Part shown: piece by piece, positions 1 through 11,340 of the stretch
How the letters are laid out: each line of letters starts with the position of its first letter
Position numbering within the stretch: position 1 is the first letter of the stretch
NCBI GenBank assembly: GCA_904063045.1
Contig: CAJFCJ010000006.1
Location: 496,001-560,000 of the forward strand
Source: Dimorphilus gyrociliatus
Taxonomy: Eukaryota > Animalia > Annelida
Direction of reading: 5' to 3'
Length of the DNA stretch: 64,000 nt
Notes under the pieces: model-generated
The model's input: only the letters and a program-made list of their open reading frames with translations
What the model was told of the DNA's origin: nothing
Database searches by the model: none
Translations under genes and position numbers: made by a program

Positions 1-396
1 ATGGTCAATCCTTGTAAATATTTTCTATATCAATATACATCCGTTTTAATTAATTAGTTGTTCTAATTTTTCTTTATTAGATCGCATAGATGTTGTTAAT
101 CGTAAACAAGTGCATCGACTGCAAGGTGTCTATTTACAGAGTTTATACAAATATCTGCTAACTTTTAGACCAAGTTTGTAATTAAAGCTTTCACAAAATA
201 CTTAAATCTTAAATCGTCTTTTGAAATAGATACCTACGAAAATCAGCTAGAAGCGATGGTTCGAACAATTCCAGATTTATCCAGCATAAATGAGCACCAT
301 GCGAAGTCATTGAACAGTATGATGCCAGGTGCGAATATGTCACAAAATTTACCTGACCTGCATACAGAAGTTTACCAATCGAAGGATTTTTGTTAA
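1..396 (+). CDS. Nuclear receptor, C-terminal end of ligand-binding domain (5'-partial; probably NR1-type)
   Basis: Hand-spliced exons <1-13, 81-173, 230-396 with GT-AG introns of 67 and 56 nt give ...MVNPYRIDVVNRKQVHRLQGVYLQSLYKYLLTFRPNTYENQLEAMVRTIPDLSSINEHHAKSLNSMMPGANMSQNLPDLHTEVYQSKDFC*. This matches LBD helices 9-12 (P-D/Y-R, V..LQ..Y, PDL..IN..H, LP.L..EV AF-2). Not in the ORF track. Confidence 0.75.
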
Positions 397-1403
397 ATTT
401 TTATTGTATATTGAGATTCATGTGCCATTTTTTTCCTATATCTATACATGCCATGTTTCGGAAATTTCTGGGCAAACCTGCATGACATTTGTCCGGTGAA
501 TGTGCTTAAAAACAACTGTTTCATTGTTATCTCTAAGATGTTTACGCTTATCTTTTCACTGCTAGAACACATTTTGGCTAATTTTTTATGAGCGTTCATA
601 AATATTTTGACAACAGATGACGCTAGCGCGAAGACAAAGATTATCAAAGTTTTTTTTGTAGTTGTATATTTTTTTGTAGGGTATATTAATCAGCGAAAAA
701 TGCCATTTTTAAATATGTACTAAAATTATAAATTAAGCTTGTTTGAATACGTTAAATTGAATACTTGTATACATCTTTGTACGTATATGTGTATACAAAA
801 ATATTTAATCAAATGTGCCATGCTGTGCCTTTTTTAACGTTGTGGATATGAAAAGAACTAATACATAAAATTTATCTAACTTACCTAAATTTTCTCTAAG
901 AGTCTTCAGGCTTTTAGATATCGTTTTGTGTCTTAAAGATGAGGCCTAGTTACTTCTGGCCTTTTGGCCACGTCAAACTTCTCAGTAGTAGGCCTAACTT
1001 CTTCAAGCCCGATTCAGTTGAAAAGCAAAAATTGATTAGGAACATAGCTCATTAGCATAGTTAGCAGTATATCGAGTTGCGTTGAATGGCTAGTTTGCAT
1101 AATTGATTATATGCTAATTTACCGCGTGAACAGTGAACAGTGACGTATTTTTTGGCATAAAAGCTACGAATTCTTGTCACTTGCTCATTAAAGGTTTCGA
1201 TTACAAGCGAGCAATTATATATTTTTTGAGGTAGGTAAATTGTCCTCTTAAGTTTTACTTGTTTTTTTCCATTATATAACAAGAGATTCCAGAGTATTAA
1301 AAAGTATTATATTAAAATTTGTTTTAAAATCTCTCAGATATTCCCAAGATACTTTTTGGAAGCAATTCAGGGTTTCGTATCATCAATTTCGTTATTAACA
1401 GAA

Positions 1404-2288
1404 ATGGATTATCTACCACTTTGGTCAAGTTTGGAGCTAGAGAAGAGCACTCTCTCTAGCATTAATTCATGTGGAGAGGAAACGGACAATTCTAGTCTTC
1501 CAGAATCACCAACAACTTCAGATATATTCGACTTGGATACGGATTCTTTGATAAAAAGTTTGTTTGAAGAAGGAGATGATATGAAATGTGACGATATTAA
1601 AACCGAACCTGATGAAATTGACAACTGTAATTCAGTTGGCGAGGACTTTGTTGTTCTAGGCGTAGACATAAAAAATTTGTTGCATGTTGAGCCTTTTACA
1701 ACAGATGTGAGCGCCTTTACTCCAGATCCGATTGCTTGTCATCAACAACCCCAGTATCATACTACATCGTATCAAATGTATCACAACCATGAGCCACTAA
1801 TTCAGAGTTATTATCCACCACCATCAGTTGCTCCTCAACCTCAACCTCCTCTACCCCCGCCGCCTCCTCCTCCTGCTCCTCCTCAACAGCAGCAGCAAGA
1901 CTTAATCCAATATCACAGCCCAATCAAGAATACAGACGATAAAGTTCACCCATGCCCTTACATTGGTTGTGGAAGAGTTTACAGTAAATCGTCTCACTTG
2001 AAAGCTCACTTAAGACGACATACAGGTAATTTAAATGTCAACAATTTTTTTTATAAATAGCTTAAACAATGATAACAATTTTCAGGAGAAAAGCCTTTTC
2101 CATGCAATTGGCCTGGATGCGGTTGGCGATTTTCTCGCTCGGACGAATTGGCAAGGCATAAAAGATCGCATTCTGGTATCAAACCATATCCTTGCACGCT
2201 TTGTGAAAAAAAATTCAGCAGGTCGGATCACTTGTCCAAGCACCTAAAAGTTCACAAGAAGCGTATGATGTGTGCCTCTTCTTCTTGA
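1404..2288 (+). CDS. KLF15: Kruppel-like factor, KLF15-like
   Basis: Exons 1404-2025 and 2086-2288. Acidic N-terminus and polyproline/Gln tract, then three C2H2 fingers: [81 protein letters not shown]. The RRH-TG, RSHSG(I/V)KPY and CEKKF pattern is typical of KLF15. An upstream exon is possible (ttaacag just before the ATG). Confidence 0.88.
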
Positions 2289-2762
2289 TCATGTTTTTGC
2301 TAATAAAAACTTTTTGTGATTTTTATACAAAGCAGTTAAAAAATTGATTATAGTTGTTGCCTGATATTCTGGGCTGTTGTGTTGTTTAATTTATTTAGTT
2401 TCTCTTAGATTGTTCTCTTTACTTTTGTTGATTCTAATTCGAATGTTATTCGTTATAATCGAAAATACATGCAGTGTTTGATTGCACAGTCCAACCGTAA
2501 TTTGAAACTACACATTTGTTTGCTATTTATATTTTTGGGTTGTATGCCAGAAATTTACATCATATTACATTATTTACAAATAGTGAATTTTCTTGAGCCC
2601 CTAAAATATCAACAAAAAAAAAACAGATACAGAAATAATGGCAATTTAACAATTATTAAGTAGTTTTTTTATCTCTCTTATCACTCAATAAACAGATTCG
2701 CTTTATCAGTCTATTGTTTCATCGTAGATCAACAATGGTACGTCTTATCAAATATATTACAG

Positions 2763-4227
2763 TTAAACAAATTTATATTTTTGTTTTCTATAGCAGCTGC
2801 GTGATAAGATGACTTCTTGAAATCTCTCTGATTTTCTTAAGCTATTTTTAACTTGTTCATTGCAAAATTTTCTAAAAAACTTTTCACGGACATATGTGCC
2901 ACATTATGTATATAGTTTTATAGGTTTTCCCATTTTATAAAGTGTTAAACAGAATCATTTGCAAGGTATTAACAAAAGTATACGAGATACCTTTTCAATT
3001 TTAAATGTAACTAATAGAAAAGAAAATTTTGGTAGCTGATTTAGTAGGTAGATATAGCAGTTTAAGCAATTTACACAAACTTCAATTACAGACGTAAGCC
3101 TGATAAACAGTACATTTCATAAGAATAGCATAAATTGTAAAGACAATAGGAAGATTAAATTATTAAGTAAAAGTATTTAAGGTATTCGAAATTAGAGTAA
3201 TCATGAGCTTAATTCGTGCTTACTGCGTGAAGAGCCACGATAACAAGCTTAAGTATTCAGAACGACCTCTAAATATCGAATGACAAGCAAATGAAAGGGA
3301 ATTGCGCTCATTATTTGGAAATAGACTAGATGACAAACATTTTCGAAATTTAAATATGTAATCTGTTTTGCTATCACTACTTCTGCTATTTTAAAAATAA
3401 CTTATTAAAATAAATAAGTTAGTTGTTCTGGATTACAGTTTAGGCCAAACTTAACTACGACCATTCTTCAGTCGTAAATTGACAGAACTTGACTGAGATC
3501 GTTCTGTAAGTAGTTTGAGTTAAATATTTAAATCACAGGGAGGGTGAAGGAAAATTCTTAATACTTTTAATGTGTCCCATTCTGACCCCAAGAAACAGAA
3601 GTATTTATAAATGAGGCTTATCTAATCATAATACATTTAAGAGGTGTCAATATTGACCAATTATGGCTGGTGCAGCAGATAAGAAGCAATCATTGATTGT
3701 TGATATGACGAATTGAGATAAAATATATCAAATATAGATTACTGAATTCTGAAGCAGCATCATTGAAACACACCCTAAGATGCGTTGATAAGATTTTTCC
3801 TTAGAAGTTCGAGGCACCGTTTTATGGGAGTTAAAGTTCACCTTGAGCAATTTTCTGAAAACATGGCTGATTGGAGTAGATAAGCTATCGTATTGTGAAA
3901 ATGTATAAATTCTTCAACTGGAAAGTTGGCTAGTACATTTCTGGTGAACAACTATATAATAATTTAAAATATCTTACCAATTATTATCAAAAATTTTCTA
4001 ATTGTACTTCTATATGTGAAGCATTCAAGCATGATATGAATTGGTAAAAGATTCGTCACTCACCCAGATACTATGAAACTTTAGAAAATCTTTATAAAAG
4101 ACGAAAGTTATGCTTTGTGAAAGTATCCAACTTCGTTCAGGCTATAAAAAAAACATTTTTTATAAAATCAAATTTTTCAAAATACCGCCATAAACAATAC
4201 ATCCGTATCCGTTTTGTAAGACGCCAT
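2763..4227 (-). CDS. Candidate unannotated multi-exon gene of unknown function (model incomplete)
   Basis: Strong minus-strand donors GTGAGT (4063), GTAAGA (3977) and GTAAGC (3223) with matching acceptors. Open exons at 4227-4201 (MASYKTDTD), 4141-4064 (PERSWILSQ...FHSIW), 3385-3224 (162 nt, RSSDSKTDYIFKFRKCLSSSLFPNNE...GRSEYLSLLSWLFT) and a possible last exon ending KQKYKFV*. I could not join all pieces into one frame. Confidence 0.4.
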
Positions 4228-4237
4228 TAAAATAAAC

Positions 4238-5842
4238 ATGGCGGATGAAACAAATTTCACCGAAGATTTTATTCACACCAACGCACAAATGGAACAGCAA
4301 CCTCTCCAGCAATCGATCGAACAGAATGCCGGTGGGGATGGTGTTAGTGTAATAAGTATGGCTAGACCTGAAGATGATGCCCGAAAAATTTTCGTGGGAG
4401 GATTAAGTTGGGATACCACAACTAGTATATATCTAATATTTAATATGAGTAAAACAACTGAATTATATCTCTTTTCACATAAACAGAAGAACTAAAAGAT
4501 TACTTTTCCCAATTTGGAAAAGTAGAGGAAGCTCTTATCAAACAAGACCCTATTACAGGACGATCTCGAGGGTTCGGATTCGTATTGTTTGAAAAGGAAC
4601 ATGCTGTTCCACCAGCAACCGTAATACATTTAAATTAAACTAATTAAAATATAAAGACTTTACCGTCTTCTTTTTACGTTTTAAAGGATACGTGCCGTGA
4701 GCATAGTATTTTGGGAAAACACATCGATCCTAAACCTGCTAAATCCAAAGATAAAAAAGATCCTATAACTAAGATTTTCGTGGGTGGTCTAGATCCTGAA
4801 TTAACCCAAGAGCAAGTCAAGGAATTCTTCGAAAAGTTTGGAAAAGTGGAACAAATAGATCTGCCTCATGATAAAACAACTAATAAACGCCGAGCCTTCG
4901 CTTTTGTTTCATTTGAATCAGAGGCTGCCGTTGATGCAGCTACTGCCACCCCAAAGATTAATATACATGGCAAAGATGTGAGTTTTTTTTTAGTTTCCTT
5001 AGACTTAATGTCATTCGTGAATGGGTTTTCTTAGATATAATCGTTCAAATTTTTATTATAAAATATTAACATTTTTTTAAAAAAAATTTTAGTTAATTTT
5101 TACAGATAAAAAAATATCGTTGTGTAAAGGTGCTGTTAAAAAATGTAAAGGAAAGCTGTTGGTTCGATAAAAAAAAATTTAGAAACGTGATTATTAGGCG
5201 TCGAGCAGCATATTAATTGTTTGTTTTTTAATTTTACAGCAGACCTACAGCAACATGTGTAGCAGTTGTTGTTTGTCAGTGTGAGGTTGGTGAAACACGG
5301 CAGGGATCAAATTCGGCCTTTAAATTGTCTTAGTCCTATAAAGTTTATTGTAAAAAACGTAAAAGGCACTTTTTGTAATTTTTCGGCTAGGTCGATGTTA
5401 AAAAAGCTACACCGCACCACCAACAAGCCGCCTATCGAGGAGGACGAGGCGGTATGCGAGGGCGTGGAGTAGTTAGAGGTTATGCTTCTAATAACTGGAA
5501 TGACTGGAATCAGGGAAATTATGGTTATGACTATAATCAGGGAGGCAATTATCCTGGGTGGTATGATTACAGTCAACAAGGTTATGGTGGAGGTTTTCCT
5601 AGCGATTATTCTTCTTATGGTGGCTACGGTAATCAAGGATGGGGTGGAGGGTATGATCAGTCAAGTGGTAAGCATACTTTAGCTTATTTAAGTATGTAAA
5701 ATAGACTGCAGAGACAGTCGCTGTTTGGTCACCAACTAATATACTTTCAGGAGCAAAATACCACCAAACAATCACAGCTCCGACCAAAAACGGCGACTGT
5801 GGCCCAAGGCCATCGCAGCATCATTCATACGGTCAACCGTAG
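4238..5842 (+). CDS. hnRNP A/B-D family (squid/Hrp40-like): two RRMs plus Gly/Tyr-rich tail
   Basis: Exons 4238-4424, 4487-4620, 4687-4977, 5391-5667, 5751-5842. RNP2 motifs KIFVGGLSW and [11 protein letters not shown]1 motifs RGFGFVLF and [17 protein letters not shown] boxes and a YGGYG/QGWGG low-complexity tail. Confidence 0.92.
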
Positions 5843-5997
5843 ACTCTTTTTTACATAAAGTCTTTGCAGGACAACAACATCAACGACAATGGACTACCCG
5901 TTCGTGAAAATAGAAGCCAAAATGATTTTTTTGTTGTTGAAAGGAGATTGTAATATATTTAATAAATAAAAAATAGCTGGATGTTACTTCTATACTT

Positions 5998-8900
5998 TTA
6001 AAAATTTTCTGATGGATACTGTACTGGTCTGAAAGGACTTACCAGTTTTCTATCACCGGCCGAATACGGTCGAGCAATTTTTGAGACTGGAGTATGACGA
6101 TTGACTGGAGTAGAAATGCGACGTTCATTTGATCTTCGTTCTCGCTTCTCTTTTGCTTTGTTACCTTCAAGTTTGCGTATAAACAATTCTTTTTCTGTGG
6201 ACATTCATCTGTCAGCGATTATTTAGATCTGAAATACAATAATACCTTCACTTTCTAACGGACATTGGGGGAGTAAAGCACGTTGAATTAAGACATTAAG
6301 GGCCGTTTCAATCATATTCTTATCTACATTTCTGCTAATATAGGGAACAAAAGTTTTATTCCACGTAGAGACAAGCCATTCTGATGTAGACCATATCGCT
6401 CCTGGCTCGATATCTGCTAAAAAGAATTTTGTTGGGCCAAACTGTACATTTTCTAACCCAAGTCTCTTTGTAGCATTATTCAAGTTTTGATATACACTAA
6501 TTATCCAAGAAGCACAAATCCAAGTTTTCATATTGAACGTCTTAAGTAACTTTTTGTTCCAAAACCTACTAACAATGGAGAAAAGTGGTTCTTCACTCGG
6601 TTGTAGAAAAAAAGTTTGTAGATTATGTTTGATAGAAGGAAAGATATTCTTGTATCTAAACAAAAAATTGTAAAGTTTTTGCTGTCCAAAATCTATGGGT
6701 TACCAACCGAAATATATCAAATGATATTATAAAATAGCAAGTTGGAGGCATAAAATACTCAGCTGCCTCTTGCTCAGTTAATTTCAGTCGAACACAGTTT
6801 TCTGATCCTCTTTTGTATAGGAAGTGACTAATGGCAGAGAACACGTTAGCACAAGCCGAATTATCAGCACTAAATACAATAATCCGATGGCTTCTCTCGT
6901 TCAATCGCTTGGAATTACGTTCAATTAATGCTCCTTTACAAAATAAATTTATAGCACTAATTTAAATATAGAGTATAAGATTTGTAAACCAGAACTTACC
7001 TGTAGAAATTAGTTGCAAATATATTTCATTCTCATTATTATTAGTATCTGATATAAAATGTATTTGGACAGCTGAGGTTCTATGCAATCTAGCTTGGAAA
7101 ACAAGGGCAATTTTCTGACAACAAAACTTTTTACCAGAGTTTTTCGAAGATATTAATATCAAGTGCTTCTTTTTCTCGAGCTGTTTTGTAGAAACTTGTA
7201 GAAAGAATATCACACTTGAAGTAAAAAAAATACCTTGGAAAGCCATTCATCAACAACTCGTATAGGCATCAAAGTGGCATATGACAAGGTAAAACTACTT
7301 CCTTCTTCAAGTTGAACTGTGAGTATTGGTACCTCATTTGTACCTAATATATCAGAAAGTCGAACTCTAACTTCAGATGAAGTGCTTTTTGAAAATTTGG
7401 TAGAGCCTGAAAAACTTGCATTTTGACTTATTGAATATTAACTATAATCACACACCTATTGAACAATATTTGATAGCATGAGCTGTCAAGTCCAACGAAT
7501 TTTCCACAGTTTCTATATGATTTATATACCGTAACCAAATATCTTCTGCCTTTCTGAATAATTGAGACAATATTAACAAATCTCCAAGATATATCTTACA
7601 GATGTCATCTTTAGTTTGGCAATATGAAACTTGAACGAGTACAGTCCGAAATAATTTATTAACTGTAAAATTTTATAAAATTTAAAATTCTACAAAATTA
7701 AAGGTAAAAATAATAATAACGTTACTTACAGTTTAACACATACTGCTTATTGTTCTCGCTAGCAATCGAATACAAGGACTGATCTTCACGAATCTTATAT
7801 AAATCTAAATACATGTTTTCTAATATCTTTGTTAACCATTTCTGTTGGCGAATTCAAAAGTACATAATGTTTAAATAATGATAGCTCCTTACAGTTTCGT
7901 TACTACGAGCAGCAATTTCTGCCACGGAAGCTGAATGCTCATCCTTAATAAATAATGCGTGAGAACCTCGAATACTTGAGGAAATACATAAAATTATATT
8001 TTCAAAAGCCTCAAATGAGTTACTTTCTATAGCTAAGTGAAGTGGAGTTTTCTTTTGCTATTTAAAAAGCAAATTTAATTCTCTATGTAATCATTTGTGA
8101 TTTACATGCCTTATTTTGGCAGAATATTAAGTCAATAGATTTTTCTAAAAGCAATTTGCAGGCTTTGGGATGGTTTCTGGAGGCAGAAAAATGTAAGGCT
8201 GAGTTTTCATCATTGGTAAGCACATCGATACTTTCAGGACTTCTTTCTAGCAGTACTCTTAGACATTCTGTAAAAAATATGTTATTTAAAGCTCTTTCCT
8301 AAATATTTAAATACCTGTATGACCATATATGGAGGCAAAATGCAATGGACCTAGGTTACAATCAAGAAATGATTCACTAACATCGATATCAGAGTTATTC
8401 AAAATCATATGGAGGTCTCCAAGTGATCCGTTGATGAGCGCAGATTTCAGAGCTGCAGCATCTTCCGAAATATTTATGTCTGTTAAGAATTATTCTAATC
8501 TGAAGACATTGTCTTGTTTTATGTAAGACACAAAATTAGCAATATTAAAATATGTAAAAAATGTATTGAGAAAAATTTTCAAACAGAGAAGCATTCTAGG
8601 CATTACCTGTGTGCTTCTATGTACTGTACAATTATTTTTAACAATTTTCAACAATACCTGTGAGGCGATTTAGTCAGAGAGGGACGTCATATTATTACAA
8701 ATAAATGTACTGTATTATTGAGATGAAGAGAAAATATATTAGCGAATAGAAGGTGCAAAGCGGCAAGTTGAAGAGTGGTGCCCAATACCAGGATTTATTA
8801 AAATCAAAAAGCAAGACACAAAGAAGAAGCTTAACTTAATACTAATGATATTACCTTGTAAAGAACCGTATGTTTTTTGAAAGTCTTGAATATTTTGATC

Positions 8901-10911
8901 CAAAAATGACAGATCTGATTGCATGCCGCTTTCTCTTTCATTCGCCTGCCATAAAAAATTCAGCATACGTTAAACGATTGGCGGAAAAAAAGATATTCAC
9001 ATTATTCAGTAGGCTAACCATCAAGTCAAGTGACAAATAGACGTTCCTACACTTTCATTACGCCTCACACTGTACAATTCTTAAACACTATAAATAAACA
9101 AAAACTAAGATAAATTTAACGTGAGCAAAACTTATTGAACTTATGCACATGACGAATACAAAAATTATAAGATTCTGAATTATTATCTATGAACATAAAA
9201 GTAAAAACATTGGCCGAATTCCACTTAAAAAAAAAGCGTCATGGACGTTGAAAACTACCAACCTAAAAATGAGACTAGACAAAGCAGACCTTTCTACCAA
9301 AAAGTAGAAGTTAGTACCGAATCGATATGAATAAATGAAAACATTTACATTTTGACTGCGCAATAAGAGAATTACTACGTATTTAACACACCTGCGGCCC
9401 GTTTTTTGTCTCTCTCTTTGAATTTTCTGCAGTTTGATATCGATCAGAAGGAGACTGAAAAGTCCTTATGGGTGCATTTCTTCCCACTGGTTTATTTGGC
9501 GGAACTGGAGGTGGCTGAGTTGATAACGTACTTGTTCTCACCGGTGGAACTGGTTTTTTTCCTTTATTAACTGGAGATAGACTTGCTTGATTGCTCGATA
9601 TAGCCGAAGCAAAAGCTTGAGGTCGTGGTGCAATATTTTGCATTGTAGTATTGGCACGATTTTGTGCAAAATCTGCAGTTGGTTTCGAACTAATTGGAGA
9701 ACGGTTTGACGAATTGATACTATCTTGAGGAGAAAGTCTTCTCCGCTCTGCTGGAGGCGTTTGTGGAGGTGTAGGCCTGTTAGAACTGACCTTGATAGGC
9801 AGTTTTGATGAGATTACATTTGAGGTTGATGTTTGGCTGTTGACAAGTACACTTTTCAATTGTTCAATTTCGCTTTGTAAATTTTTCGAACGATTTTCCT
9901 CTCTTTCGATTCGAGCACGTAATTGCAGTCGTTCCTCGTGCCATGAAGAACTTAAAGATGTTGATTCAGAGCCGCCAACTAAATAGTTATCTTCTGCTAA
10001 TCGAGCTACGGCTTCCATCAACTGCTTCCGTTCTTTTAGTAAGAGTAAAGCAACATGCTTGTTCTTTTCCGCTTTCGTGTTGGTTTCTGATAACATAGTG
10101 TTTAACTTTCGAACCTCTTTTTCCAAACGATGAGATTTGGATTTTTCAAATTCAAGCTATTTATAGAATTGGGATCATTACTTTTGAACGTTGCACTCTA
10201 GTATTATAGTCACCTCATTTTTTAAACGTTCCCGTTCTTTTTCTAACAAGTATGTAACATCATCACCCTGGGCGGTGTCTTGTGCATGCTTTCGCTTTTC
10301 ATCTTCCAACTCGGCACATACCTAATACATGAACACTTATAAACCTGTGAGATGTAGAAAAAATATATACCTTATGATATCGCTTTTCAACTGATTTCAA
10401 TTGCTCTCTCATTTTGAACTGAGCTTTTTTCTGTGTTTCAATTAAATTATCCAACTGCTTCATTTGACTTTGATACATTCCATCGACAGCTGCTCGCTCC
10501 TCATTAGCAGGACTAGCGTCTTTTTGAGCAGTATGATCTCTTTGTAAGGCAAGCAAAGGATCTTCCAATCCGAAACGTCCATACTTTGCTTGATGAACTA
10601 AATTGCGAGTTTTTTCCGCCTTAATAAATGTAAACAGTTATTTTTTAAATAGATCTTTTTTAATATGTACCTTTAATGCTGCAATTGTTATATCCCTTCC
10701 TTGTAATTCACCTTCCAGATAGCTCAGCAGACGCAATAAATCAGTTTTATTCAATTCCATTTGAGGACGTCTCTGCAAAATCCTTATTAGAAATATCACA
10801 AAACACACCTGAAATACAAGATACCTTCATCGTTGTAGATGATAATCGGTCGATCGGTTCAAAACTATCGCAATGCTCTGGGTTTTGATCATCTTGTGCA
10901 TCATCCGCCAT
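5998..10911 (-). CDS. CTTNBP2: Cortactin-binding protein 2 (long form: coiled-coil, Pro-rich, ankyrin, NAV/unc-53-like C-terminus)
   Basis: Start MADDAQDD at 10911. ELNKTDLLRLLSYLEGELQGRDITIAALK, EDPLLALQRD and KNKHVALLLLKERKQL match the CortBP2 domain. These are followed by a Pro-rich region (PPVPPNKP), ankyrin repeats (LGPLHFASIYGHT), a degenerate P-loop (SKNSGKK) and GPTKFFL...WLVSTWNKTFVPY. Confidence 0.88.
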
Positions 10912-11340
10912 TTTGGTATAAACACAATTAAGCTATCAATTTCCGAAAATCTATGAAAAGCAATGCTGTCTAATAATCCTCATCCGGAGCATATTTCGTT
11001 TTATCAAATGATTACAATTATAACAAAGAAATAAATAGAATAAAATTAGCGTGTTAAGGATGTCTTTTTCTTTCCGTAAATAAGTTTTGGACATGCGCAC
11101 TGAGGGTGGACAGCATGCGCTCTTCGGAATCATTTCTTTGTGAGCGATATATCACGAAACTTCTCCTATATGCCGATTAAGAAAATATAGCATCGAATTG
11201 TAGTTTCTATAATAAAGAGCCAAATCATCACAGCCGAAGAATAAAATATTACATCAAATTTATTACAAATAAAAAACATTATTTATTTTTCTAAAGAACA
11301 AATTTCATTTTTTTTCTCTTTATTCGGTTAATAAGAAGTT

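Noticed and set aside
3885-3977. In-frame TGA in some splice models of the hidden gene, read as selenocysteine
   Set aside because: Alternative acceptors avoid the TGA. There is no selenoprotein motif and no SECIS was recognised.
4978-5390. snoRNA in the long hnRNP intron
   Set aside because: Only a partial C-box-like GTGATTA; no D box or terminal stem, and no H/ACA structure was recognised.
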